Assembly: GCA_964035545.1 (NCBI GenBank)
Contig: OZ037765.1
Coordinates: forward strand, 18,972,995 to 19,036,994
Length of the DNA: 64,000 nt
DNA from: Bugula neritina
Taxonomy: Eukaryota > Animalia > Bryozoa
Direction: 5' to 3'
In this document: one piece after another, positions 50,501 through 61,751 of the stretch
Layout: the number at the start of each line of letters is the position of its first letter
How positions within the stretch are numbered: position 1 is the first letter of the stretch
Position numbers and translations under genes: made by a program
Notes under the pieces: generated by a model
What the model saw: only the letters and a program-made list of their open reading frames with translations
The model's database searches: none
What the model was told of the DNA's origin: nothing

Positions 50501-53500
50501 TTAGCGCTAGTTTGCTAAGCTATTTTAGCTACACTAAGAAAAGCTTTCTACAGCACAGCCAGTGCTAACTCTGGCACTTGGCAATTGTTGGTGTTAGTGA
50601 ACTGGTGTAATTTTAAGAGAGCAAAATAAGTAAGTTATTTACATTAATTATATTGTTTCCTTTTTTGTTTATTGTTTATTTATGTTTATCCTGATCATGT
50701 AAGTTTGAATTGCAATAATTGTAGTCTTGACGGTGTCAATAGGATGTAAATAGAAGTCAATGAGATCAACTAATGTATGTTGAATAAAACAAAATAAAGG
50801 ACATCAGTGAAGAGTTAATGCTCAACTCAAAGCCTAGTTCACTACAGTCAAGATTATTTGTAACCAAGTCAAGATAATTCCTGAAGTCAAGTCAAAGATA
50901 ATTAAAAAAATTATAATGTTGGACCAGTAGAGAATTTTGGAGCTGGAATTGTCCATGCATACCGATAAGCCGATGTGGGGATAAAGTAGATGAATTTCAG
51001 TGATACACCCAAAAGAGAAGTCTCACAGGCCAGCTAAGTCAAAGTGTTATGCAAATATATTCAGTTATGATGAATACAAATGCAGCTAGGAACATTCAAG
51101 AAGTTCATTTGATGATGTGTTTGATGATGTGTGTATGAATTGATCAAAGTTAATAGTTTCTACATCAAGCTGAAACATTGGTTTTAGCTTTTAGCTTTTT
51201 TGTAGCAAATTTGTCAACATAATATGTGTTTTGTTATAATATTTTCTATATGCAAGAAATTAAGTTTTGTAATTGTTATTTGTTATAGTGCAGGCTAAGT
51301 TGTAGAGAGCTTTGTCTGCAAATCTCGTTGACTTGGGTGCTTTACAATTTGAATTAAATCATTGCTAGTATAGGTATCGTGCTAGCATTTTGTCAAAGCC
51401 CTCCAGAAAACTTTCCAGTTTCAAACATAAAAACAGCATTTCCTTGTTACTTTTTCATTGTCATAATAAGTTGTTTAATTGTTGTCATCTATCTAGTGGT
51501 ATTATTATATACAAGTTGGTGATTTAGCACATTTTGGTTAATATTTTAACATTTGTGGTGCATGAATACAAAGCACTGTAGATTGTCATTTAGAGACAAC
51601 ACTTGTATGTCATTGATATTTGTATGTGAGACATAGGTTATGTTGTAAACAATTGTGTAGGTTGTTTGATTATAAATGCACTCAGTACTAGTTTGTTCAC
51701 TTTCAGATCTAAAGCTAAACTTTATATATTGATAAATTGTTTTTTTGTTATATCTGACAATATTTATTGTGATAATTCTCTATGTGTTGGCAGCATCATT
51801 TTGATAATTTTGTCAATCTCTATGGATTACATATAATTTTTGGTTAAAATTGTTAATTGAACACTTAATTATATAAGATGAGTGGTTTATACATGGAAGT
51901 GTTAAACTTATGTCGGTGAAACAACTCCGAAACAAACTAAATTGCTACGGGATGCCAGCAACTGGCGACAAAGATGAGTTAAAGCATCGCCTACTCAAAA
52001 AGTTTGAAAGTCATCAAACACAGGTGGACAAAAGTACAAAAGATAAGTCTAAGGTAGAAGTAAGTTCACAAAAGGACACACCTTCAAATACCAAACATGA
52101 AGACTCAGTGCAGCACAATGATTTCAACTCTCGTGACCACAGAAAGGCTGCAAAGGCAAGAAGAAAAGCTGAAATACAAAAACTGCTGAGTGAGATGGAC
52201 AGCCCTAGTGATGAGGACTCATCAGGTCACAAAAGGGAAAATTACCACTTGCAAGAAGCTTGTGTTCATGGAAGTCAAATGATGTTTGAGAGGTTACCAG
52301 CACCTACCCCGCCTGTATTTAATGGCAACGTACTTGAATATCATGATTGGAAAGTAGCATTCGATGGATTGATTGGTCATCTCCCTTTACAACCAAGCCA
52401 GAAGTTCTACTACCTAAAGCAGTATTTGAGTGGTAGAGCACTCAATGCTGTAAGCAGTTTTCTTTTAATGAACACAGAGAAGGCATACATGAAAGCACGA
52501 AATCTTCTAGACAAGAGATATGGAGATCCTTATTTACTCAGTAGAGAGATTCAAGCAAAGTTGAGAGCTTGGCCAAAAATAGCTACAAGAAACACCGAGG
52601 AACTACGTGACTTTTCTGACTTCTTAACCAAATGCCTGACAATGAAAAATGAAACAAAATCCTTGAACTATCTTGACAGCGTTTTTGAAATCTTAGAGTT
52701 AACTCGGAAACTCCCAAAATGGGTCATAAACAAATGGAATGACAAGGCCTATAAATACAGAGAAGAAAATGGAGAACATCCTGATTTTAACAAGTTCGTA
52801 AAATTTTTGCGCAGGGAGTCAGATAAGGCATGTAATTCTGTGTATTCGTTAGCAGCAGTAAGACAAACACCTGAATCTAATAAAAGGAGGGATGTTTATA
52901 GCAAGGCAATACCAGAAAGAAAGTCTATGATATTGAACAACATTTTTCCACACATTTAACCAGGAAACGTGAAAAGTGTGTTATTTATTCAAAGAAGCAT
53001 CCTACAGTATTACACCAAGAAGACCAGTGGAAGAAACCTGAAAATATTATATGTTATGAAGATGAATCTCCAACAAAAGAAGTGGTAGCTGCTCAAGATA
53101 TTCTACGGACTGTAGACCAAGACTTTAAGTACATCGATAATCAGCCTTCAACAGTTTTTGGAAAAGTTGGCAACGTATCACAAGATGACATGAAGTGTAT
53201 GAATATTGAAAGAGAAAACGTAAAGCAAAATGTATCTGGTTGCTTGTCTATGAAAGACGACATTGAGCCATCGCATGGAAGTAAAATAATAGTATTAGTT
53301 ACCCGAGAAGAGGTGAAGTTTCAAAAATTTGTAGATCCAGCCATTCAGGACCTGTATGATTTTGCTGATGCAAATTGGTTTGGATACATCTCAAGGAAGT
53401 TTAGAGGAAATTCACATCAAGGAAATGAAGAAAGGAGAATTTCATTCCATATTTTAAGGGCCAAAGCACGTACAACACCATCGATGATCACCACTGTATC

Positions 53501-56500
53501 TCGCTTAGAGTTGAAAATAGCAATTCATTTGAGCAAATTAGTTAGACATGAACAAGTGTTTGCAGCACGCGAGTTTGCTTACAATAGTTTTAAGATAGAA
53601 CTAGGATATATAGCAAGTAAAACCTGGCCATCTCAAGCATATGTCTCAAATGACATTCAACAAGTAAAGAATCACACCAACATGTTTCAATTGACACATG
53701 TCTCAACCAGAGATAATCTAGCTCAGTTAAAACTTGGGGAAGTAACATTTAACAAACATGAACAGTTGACCGTGCTTTATAGACCAGAATATCTTCGATC
53801 AATAATAGAAGATCGCTCATCTCCTACATGCTTGGCAAACTATGAATGTATGACAGACTATGCCATGAAGTCAAAGTATAATGATCCTTTACAGTCACAA
53901 GAACTAGCAATAACAACAATTGTATAGAATGGTTTACAAGGTTCACAATGTTTCACCTAACACTTTATGCTTGCAAAGTAATACTTGGGAAAATACTTAG
54001 ATGCTATAAACAAGATATGGCAGGTGACTAAAGATAACACGGAACCAAACTAAAACAGTCGTCATAAGGGGCGAACTTTCACTTAAGATTAGCTCTATGT
54101 ATAATTGTATTTAAATGCTATTCCTTAGTTTTTTTTGTTAAGTATGTTGTTATATGTATTTATATGTTTTGTTTTATGTCATTTTTGGTTAACAAGTCAC
54201 TAAAAATCTAAGGTGTTTATCAAATGTTTGAGAAATGGGAGCGATTTCTGGAGGGTGTGTAGTGAAATTAGCGCTAGTTTGCTAAGCTATTTTAGCTACA
54301 CTAAGAAAAGCTTTCTACAGCACAGCCAGTGCTAACTCTGGCACTTGGCAATTGTTGGTGTTAGTGAACTGGTGTAATTTTAAGAGAGCAAAATAAGTAA
54401 GTTATTTACATTAATTATATTGTTTCCTTTATTGTTTATTTATGTTTATCATGATCATGTAAGTTTGAATTGCAATAATTGTAGTCTTGAAGGTGTCAAT
54501 AGGATGTAAATAGAAGTCAATGAGATCAACTAATGTATGTTGAATAAAACAAAATAAAGGACATCAGTGAAGAGTTAATGCTCAACTCAAAGCCTAGTTC
54601 ACTACAGTTACTTTTAAGTCAGCCTTCTGGTACGTAATAAATTAAACCTAAAATACCTTCCAGAAAAATTGGAAAGATATACGTAAAGCATAATATTGTT
54701 TTGGAACCCATAAAATCAAAAAATACATAGTTTTACTTTTAACTTTGCATTCTGTTAATAAATTAAACTTTAAATACCTTCCAGACAAGTTGTATACTTC
54801 AGCCACTATGTCTTTAGAGAAGAAATCTTCATCTGGAAAAGGGATAAAGTAGTTCAATGGAACTTGTGTAGGAGCTGCTACGGAGAATATTTCTTCTAGG
54901 GTCTTGTCAGCAAGGCATGTGTAAACTGACATGTCATCAGAACATTCATATTGCTCTTTTATATTATTCTGATACTTGTGCAAGTTGTTTTGTGAAACAT
55001 GCCAGCCCCATGGTGAGAAAAGAGACCCGGACTACAAAGCAGTAAAAATATTATATAAATCATTTGACATATTATTATGTTTATACTATATCTATTATAA
55101 ACATATTATATATATTATTATATAAACATGATACAGGAGTAATTTATAGGATTATTATGGTTATTTTATACAATGTGTTCTTCATGTTTTACGTAAAGAA
55201 GTATATCAGTTCTGATAAACATTTCTAGTGATGGTATTCTATAACTTAGATTCTTATACTTCAACAATAGCTCTTTGAAACAGTCCAGTGTTATGAGGAC
55301 TCATCATCTGAGCTGAAACACTCCCAGCTCCTGCAGATTCTCCAAATATGGTAATGAGTTCTGGATCTCCACCAAACTTGTCAATATTATCTTTTACCCA
55401 CATTATAGCAGCTCTTTGATCCCACAAACCAAAGTTACCAGTGCCTGCATGTGTTGTGTAATGCATATAAATATCACACCTGAATTGCTATTAGTAGGCC
55501 ATTTCAAAAATTTATACATTCAAAAATTAAGCTAGCAAATTTAAGTACGGTAAGTTGAACATCCATAAAAAGTTATTATTTATCCCTTGGTGAAAATATC
55601 GTTTGCTTTCCTTACAGCACAACTTTAAAGAAAGTATTTATTGAATGTAAATATGCATATAGATGCATGCATATATTATACAACCACAATGCACATGTAT
55701 AATAAGCCTCTGTATGCCTAGCCTGTAATATGTGAGCTAAAGCTTTCAAGACTGTCCATTTATCAACAAATTAATGACATGGGCGCAATGAAAATTATTA
55801 TAACATCTTTTCAGTTCCAGTTTGAAAATGTCAAAATGTTGAAACATATTTTGTAAAAAACCTATTTAGATTAGATAAATGACAAAAAAAAGTGTTTCTT
55901 TTTTGCAAGAAAATTTTCATTTTTTTAATAAAGCTTTGCTTTAAATATTTAGTTTAGCAAATAAATGATTAATTAAAGCTTTACATCTTTCTTAGCTGTA
56001 TACAAGTTAATAACATTTTTATGAACATATAATATCAATTTCTTTCTTTTTTAAAACTATTTTTGAAAAATAAAAAGTTTTTCTTGAACTGACAGGCAAT
56101 TTTAAACACTAGCTCAAAGACGTACTTTTATTGGCAATAAAAAAATATAATCATTTTAATTCATGTAGACTAAAAGCCTCAAATAACAATGACAGTTAAT
56201 TAGCTCATTTTATACATCAAACTACAATAAATTAAAATAAAATCAGCTATCAAATAATTCGTTTGCTGCCTTTAAATTAAAATAAATTCCGTTTTAATGT
56301 ATGAGCAAGAAGAAGGTAGTATTGTGCTCGGTTGACATCTACAGTTTTAAAATATTGAATTTCAAAGAATAAAAACTTTCTCACCGGTTCCATTTGATAA
56401 AAACCCTAGTAGTCCGAGTCTATAGTTGATGGCTACTACAATCACATCCCCGGTTACAGCCAGAGGTGCACCAAAATATATATTTTTGGCTCCAGTCGTA

Positions 56501-58343
56501 TATCCTCCTCCGTGTATCCACACCATCACAGCTTTCTTGTTATTAGAGTTAACTTCTCCTGGTACTGTGATGTCAAGGTGCAGACAATCCTCACTGCCAA
56601 AAGGCGATCCTACAAAGCAAAAGATTTAAAGATTATAATTTTAAATCAACGTTTAGGCATTCTGTGTTGGTGTATTTACAATGCCAATAATTGGGACTCA
56701 AGTTGCTTGAGACCCAATTATTGGCATTGCAAATACCTTTTCATCAAGTAAAATTTTTCAAATATGCTAATAAGCTTTCAACCTATATTATCAGCATGTT
56801 TGTCTCAGATCACGCTGAAAATATTGTTTGAAACGTAATCTGACACCCATGAATGCCTAAAAATACTCGCTAAAAATACCGCTTTTTACACACTCAATAT
56901 AAGATATTATATATATTAGTGGTAAAATTTTATTTGTTTGCATAGGTTTATTGGCGATCAACTAATCAATATTGTTTACTCAATGCATGCACCTACAATG
57001 ATATAGTATTACAGTAATGTGTTATGGTTTGCCTTGGTTTTCAATTGCACAGGTGCATGTTACTGCTATGTGCCAACTACAATATAGCAAAATATAATAG
57101 AATCTATTATAGCTATGCACAAATCACTTTTCATAATGATCTAGCTACAGGTACAGAAGAAATAGTTTTAAAGAAAATTCACCAAACCTTTACCCAATTG
57201 GGTTGGATAAAATGTTCACATTCTTACAATGCCATGTGTTAAATAATTTGGCCGTGAAGATAGGTATTTTGAAGCTCAATCTCTCTATGCATTTATATCA
57301 TCTTATGCTCGCATGACAGTTTTCAACTTTTTATTTTATGGACTTCAATTTTGAACAACTTAATTGAAAAAATTAGGCGGGCTTTCAACCATCACATAAT
57401 ATGCATACAATTCACTGCTCAATATAAAAGAGTTGGAAACTTAAGTTGTAAAATTATTGTTTTGAGTTTCTGGTTGTAAATAAAACATGCATTTCAAAAA
57501 ACTTCCAGTTTTTAAATGAACAGCTTTTGAAAGCATTGAAATGCACTCTTAAATGTAAATCTTTAGCATTTTGCTGTTAAGCTAACTTTAGTAAGGAAAA
57601 AATTTTCAATTCAACACCAAGATCAGAATAAAAATGATGCTAAAATCTCCAGCTAAAGCAAATTTTTAATAATGATAATAAAATTATCATCCAAAATTTG
57701 TTAGAAAAACTTTTAAAAAAAGACTCAAGCTTTAGTCTTATTTCATGTACAATACTCTTTGTTGCTTCTAATTTTGTTAATATTAGGTAAAGATTGCAAA
57801 TGTCATGAGTAATCATATTTAAATCTTTAGTTTACAGTTATTGAAAAATGAATTTATGAACCAACAGTTGCATGATGCAACAAGGGTGGCTAGAGTGAGA
57901 CACCGGTGTTGTTTTTATATAATGCATTTTAATTACGTATATGTAGGCCTTTTATTAAATATCAAAAATTAAAACTAGCAATGTAGCTCAAAATCTCACG
58001 GTTTTTCACTTTTGTTATTGGTGTTTATTTGAATTGCAAGTAGGCTATGCCGAGGAGCTTTGGCCGAATTCTTACTCAATTTAACAGCATCAACTATACA
58101 GTGTTATAGTTGCAAGTAAATTCAGCAAAAATGGCATTCATATAGTCACATTGATGATTAAACTAAAAAATAAAATGTTTTGCTGGAAAAAAATTTGTAA
58201 AACTTGATTACCTGGCAAAAAGATATCTTGTTGTGGACAATTTGCTGTTTGGATGGTCGCGTCTTTGATTCCCTCCCAAGAAGGATAGGCCTCTGGCTTT
58301 TTAAACCGAAGTTTTCCAACTGGTGCCTCAGCATATGGTATTC
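47367..58343 (-). CDS. Type-B carboxylesterase copy C (5'-partial; exon 1 right of window), predicted GPI-anchored
   Basis: Exons 58343-58212, 56609-56385, 55444-55260, 55031-54778, 50023-49767, 49192-48968, 48639-48513, 48048-47852, 47503-47367 join in frame. Intact GESAG/GFNGQE/ADHFAE triad. About 628 aa if exon 1 is 148 bp as in A and B. Confidence 0.92.
47852..48048 (-). CDS. Carboxylesterase C exon 9
   Basis: [18 protein letters not shown]; donor CAG|GTGTGG. Confidence 0.85.
48513..48639 (-). CDS. Carboxylesterase C exon 8
   Basis: [12 protein letters not shown]; 127 bp. Confidence 0.9.
48968..49192 (-). CDS. Carboxylesterase C exon 7
   Basis: [12 protein letters not shown]; 9-bp in-frame insertion relative to A. 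Confidence 0.9.
49292..49437 (-). mobile_element. tRNA-headed SINE-like insertion with 22-bp target duplication
   Basis: ATTGCAAAAGTTAGCCATGCAA at 49270-49291 and 49438-49459 (single copy in gene A); A-box-like GTGGTCGAAGGGTTAGAGC head. Confidence 0.7.
49767..50023 (-). CDS. Carboxylesterase C exon 6
   Basis: GFNGQE; 257 bp. Confidence 0.9.
50491..50846 (+). repeat. 5' LTR of BEL/Pao element
   Basis: TGT...ACA; AATAAA at about 50783. Confidence 0.95.
51910..52959 (+). CDS. gag: BEL/Pao Gag (DUF1759-like) with N-terminal SAP-like motif
   Basis: [20 protein letters not shown]...[14 protein letters not shown]...LDKRYGDP. The N-terminus [28 protein letters not shown] resembles the SAP consensus. 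Confidence 0.85.
   Translation: MSVKQLRNKLNCYGMPATGDKDELKHRLLKKFESHQTQVDKSTKDKSKVEVSSQKDTPSNTKHEDSVQHNDFNSRDHRKAAKARRKAEIQKLLSEMDSPSDEDSSGHKRENYHLQEACVHGSQMMFERLPAPTPPVFNGNVLEYHDWKVAFDGLIGHLPLQPSQKFYYLKQYLSGRALNAVSSFLLMNTEKAYMKARNLLDKRYGDPYLLSREIQAKLRAWPKIATRNTEELRDFSDFLTKCLTMKNETKSLNYLDSVFEILELTRKLPKWVINKWNDKAYKYREENGEHPDFNKFVKFLRRESDKACNSVYSLAAVRQTPESNKRRDVYSKAIPERKSMILNNIFPHI
53082..53927 (+). pseudogene. Highly diverged BEL/Pao Pol remnant (RNase H / Peptidase_A17-like region)
   Basis: [12 protein letters not shown]...[10 protein letters not shown]...[10 protein letters not shown]...HVSTRDNLA resembles Pao LHxFxDAS...AKSRVAP...IPRLEL...HVxSxxNPAD. Confidence 0.7.
54258..54606 (+). repeat. 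3' LTR of BEL/Pao element
   Basis: TGTAGTGAA...TTCACTACA terminal inverted repeat; purine-rich tract upstream. Confidence 0.95.
54778..55031 (-). CDS. Carboxylesterase C exon 5
   Basis: [10 protein letters not shown]...; 254 bp. Confidence 0.9.
55260..55444 (-). CDS. Carboxylesterase C exon 4
   Basis: FGESAG; 185 bp. Confidence 0.92.
56385..56609 (-). CDS. Carboxylesterase C exon 3
   Basis: SEDCL, WIHGGGY; 225 bp. Confidence 0.92.
58212..58343 (-). CDS. Carboxylesterase C exon 2
   Basis: [14 protein letters not shown]. Confidence 0.92.
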
Positions 58344-59161
58344 CTTTAAAGAAATTTGGAACAAAATACTGCCTCATATTAGTCAGTATTGAGCATGTCA
58401 TTCAAGTGTATAGACATTAAAGCCTAATTGTTTCTGATTTGTAATTTAAAAATATGAATACTTACATTGAAAATGTAGGCTACACATATTTACATTTATG
58501 TCTGAACTTTAATGCAATGCAATAAAAATTAGCTATAGCGCATCAAATGAAAAATATGATATCCATGTTAAGCATGTATTTAGAAATTAATGCAAATTTA
58601 TGCCTAACTAAGTTTTATTTTATAAAAATATACTGTACACAAATACCACAGATATATAAAAAAGTTTAATTCTATTTTTTGAATATGCACACATTATTTT
58701 TGTATATTTTCCACAAAACATAATTATAACAACTCAAAACTGAAAAGCAATTCACATAACAGCTACATAACTCAAAATAAAAATATAACGTTTCTTTGTC
58801 AATTTTTTTATTGCACACAACCATGCGCATAATAGCAATAGTCTCCAAATGGTATCCCATAAAGTGATTTGATTGACTATAGTTCAAATATGAAGTTATA
58901 CATTAAACAGTGTGTAAATTTACATTAGACATGAATCTTTTTATATATATATAATATTTTTACTTCTGTAATTTTATAAATGCCACAAGCCTCTATTTAG
59001 TGAATATCAGTATAACATTCTAAACCATGACACTTGGTGTAAATGCCTATGTCATGCTAGCTTAATAACAAAATAAAATGACATCAATGAAGATTTAATA
59101 ATCAACCACAGCCTAGTTCAAGAATTTTTGCTTTCTAACAAGTACAACCAGTTCACTACTT

Positions 59162-59559
59162 CAGGGTTGGGGTCAACTACGTGTGAATGTAATGAATTAC
59201 AATTAAAATTACATGAAAATTTGTTAATTACGATTACAATTATAGGTAAAAATTAATGTAATTAATTTCAATTACATGCTAATGCTATTAATTACAATTG
59301 CAATTACTTTTGTTCTCACAAGGAATATATAAGATAAAAGTTATAAAATTTCACTTCTAGGGTCCAACAACTCAGGCAATTTTGACAGTGGAGAACCTTC
59401 TCTGTTTCTAACAATGATACTATACTACCTTGACTTAATCTGAACTTGCTGTTTGACAGAAGATATAGTAGGAAATGTATGAAATTTTAAAGATTTAAAA
59501 GTTTGAAGTAATTGACACATAATTATAAAGTAGTTGTAAAAATCAACTACTTTAGATAT
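59162..59559. mobile_element. Probable non-autonomous DNA transposon end, interrupted by Gypsy element 3
   Basis: CAGGGTTGGG start, then repeated AATTAC(A) subterminal motifs. It interrupts the LTR relic shared with copy A. Confidence 0.45.
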
Positions 59560-59864
59560 TGTTATCATTTTTAGATTTAGGGTTGATGTGCTATCCAGAG
59601 AGTCTATTTATTTACTATAGAACTGCACCAGGATAAGTCGAGTGAACGAGTATATTTTACACACAATTATACATTATAAAAACGATACATTATTTCCAAA
59701 CAAGTTACACATCTAATCTATTTCACACTCTAGCTTCGACTGAGTTAGCAGCGGGAAACTACAATTGCTGCTAACTATCAACTACGCTAATTGGCTATCC
59801 ATTGTTCCGGGTCAATTACGCGACCCTACATGTCGTGCTGCTGGTAGTTCCACGAACCACCACA
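59560..59864 (-). repeat. Putative 3' LTR of Gypsy element 3
   Basis: TGT...ACA ends, adjacent polypurine tract, minus-strand AATAAA. The partner LTR is not in the window. Confidence 0.7.
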
Positions 59865-60152
59865 CCGCCCCCACCAGCAGAAAGCCATCTTTCTGATATA
59901 TATATAAAAAAAACATTCAATAGTAATTGCATACATCAGTGGACAAAATAATACATAATATACAGGAAGAGACACAATAATAGGCAGAGTCATTATAACG
60001 ATCCGTTGCATACAATTGGCCAGCTGTAGATAGACGAGGAATACTAGCTAGCTGTGGTATTAGACAAGGAATAACCTGTCTAGCAGTTAAGCATTTGCAC
60101 GATCTTGGTTCCTCACAAGATGTGAAGTTGCGGAGTATTCTGGGTAGCCTAA

Positions 60153-61230
60153 CTAGAGTCCTTGTTGGGCACGCCGGTGCTTGGCTTGGCATGTACGCAG
60201 TTTCCGTTTCATACGGCATACGGATCCCTTTAGCTGGAAGAGTCCGGTTGTAGTGTTAAGTAGATCTGGTGCCAGCTGGGTGAATTCTTCTTGTAATCGC
60301 AGGAGGCGTTCTTCTACTGTGGCTAGGCGGACTGGGTCGGGGGACGGTGTCCGTCTGCGGCGCAAGGGTGGACTGGGGGACCTGGTTCGTCTCTTCGCCG
60401 GGGTAGGGGAGATCTCTCCTTCTTCTGGATATGTAGTTTCCTCGGGGGTGTATGTGATTTGAGGGCGGTCAGACACCAACGGGGATTGTTGGCGGGCGTT
60501 GTCTAACACATGTTGGACCCCCGAGGACAGAACGGCTAATAGCATGGCCTTCTTCACCAGAGGTCGTATAAGTGTGAGGAACTCCGGGTATAGCTTAGCG
60601 TCGACCACGTAGTTCTCTCCAGGGAAACAGCCCGCCGCCCTGTGTCTGGTGACGGGGTAGGGATACACATCATTGTACCCGCAGGGGCAGAATGTCAGTA
60701 GGAGATGAGCATTGACGTGTAGTTTAAGGGAGCGGTGAGAGGCGCAATCTTCACCACAGATCTGGCATCTCGTCCGTCCTCTGGACCCCCAGGCTGTTTC
60801 TATTTCTTCTTCTGTTTGTGGAGACACCCACCGCCAACGGCGGCGTAGTGGCTCAGGCCGGTCACCACTAGCATACTCCTCTGGATACGGAGCGGGAAGT
60901 GTTCTATCCCGTACCCTGGTTGTAGCGGGTCGAGTGTAATCTGAAAAAGTTTCAACAGTGTTAATACAGTACACTGTTGTGTTGTCAGCTTGAACAGCTT
61001 GGCAACTCCTAATTCAGTTACCTCGTAGAGATTTATGGTAGTGAATAGTCAGATAGAACACGTATTGCAATGAGATTATAAAAATCTCTAAGTCAAACTG
61101 AGTTCTTACTACGGTATTTCACTAACCTATCTCCAGCTCGATTGACTCAGTGAGTCAGAGCTGAGCGATGCAATCTAGTTTCGTATTAAGATATAGTTAA
61201 CTCACCCCACGATCTGTTGTCGTAAGACAT
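60153..61230 (-). CDS. Predicted two-exon zinc-finger / Arg-rich / coiled-coil accessory gene of Gypsy element 3 (exons 61230-61206, 60940-60153; 270 aa)
   Basis: ATG 61230, donor G|GTGAGT, branch-like ATTAAC, acceptor TTTTTCAG|, and the phases match. C-x2-C-x12-H-x3-H followed by C-x-C-x12-H-x4-C. Confidence 0.7.
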
Positions 61231-61751
61231 ACTGAATGCGTGAAATGGTTTGAACTACTGCTTAGAAACACGTCTACTCCTGACTGCATCAGCGTATGAA
61301 AAGATCGAGCAACGTGGTTGGGGTGCGTGATTAAGACTTTGTGCACCCGGCGGATGAATTTTATTTCTATTTCCGCCGATGCAAAAGTTGATATTTCCGT
61401 GGTGTTGACAACTCCCACATTTGCTCGATTCTTTTCTCGTACGGTTTTCCCCTAGACTTTCATGCGTGCCGCTTTTAACGCAGTCACATAAGAAGTCCTT
61501 CAAGTATGCGGGGGGTTGCCTCGTACGCTGTCCCCTTTCTAGGGGGGGTGACACGCTTGCCGGTTCGTTAGTAGGGGCCTCTAATGGCGTCTCTACTTCA
61601 CCGTCAGCAGTCACCTCTTCTTGTTCTCCGGATGGAGCCCCTCCCTCCGTGGGGGTTTGCACTTCCGGAACCGGCTCGGTTTCTGGAAGTGATGAAATTA
61701 GACTTGGCGGTGGCGGACACGCTTCTGTTGACAAAAGCTGCCGCTCCTCTC

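Larger units (their letters stand above)
50491..54606 (+). mobile_element. Non-autonomous BEL/Pao LTR retrotransposon, recent insertion in intron 5 of copy C
   Basis: Near-identical LTRs 50491-50846 and 54258-54606. Perfect 5-bp TSD GTTAC (50486-50490 / 54607-54611). BEL-type Gag and a Pao RNase H-like remnant. No RT or integrase. Confidence 0.95.

Noticed and set aside
60153-60974. env gene for the third Gypsy ORF
   Set aside because: No signal peptide or clear transmembrane anchor; zinc-finger and basic motifs point to a nucleic-acid-binding protein.
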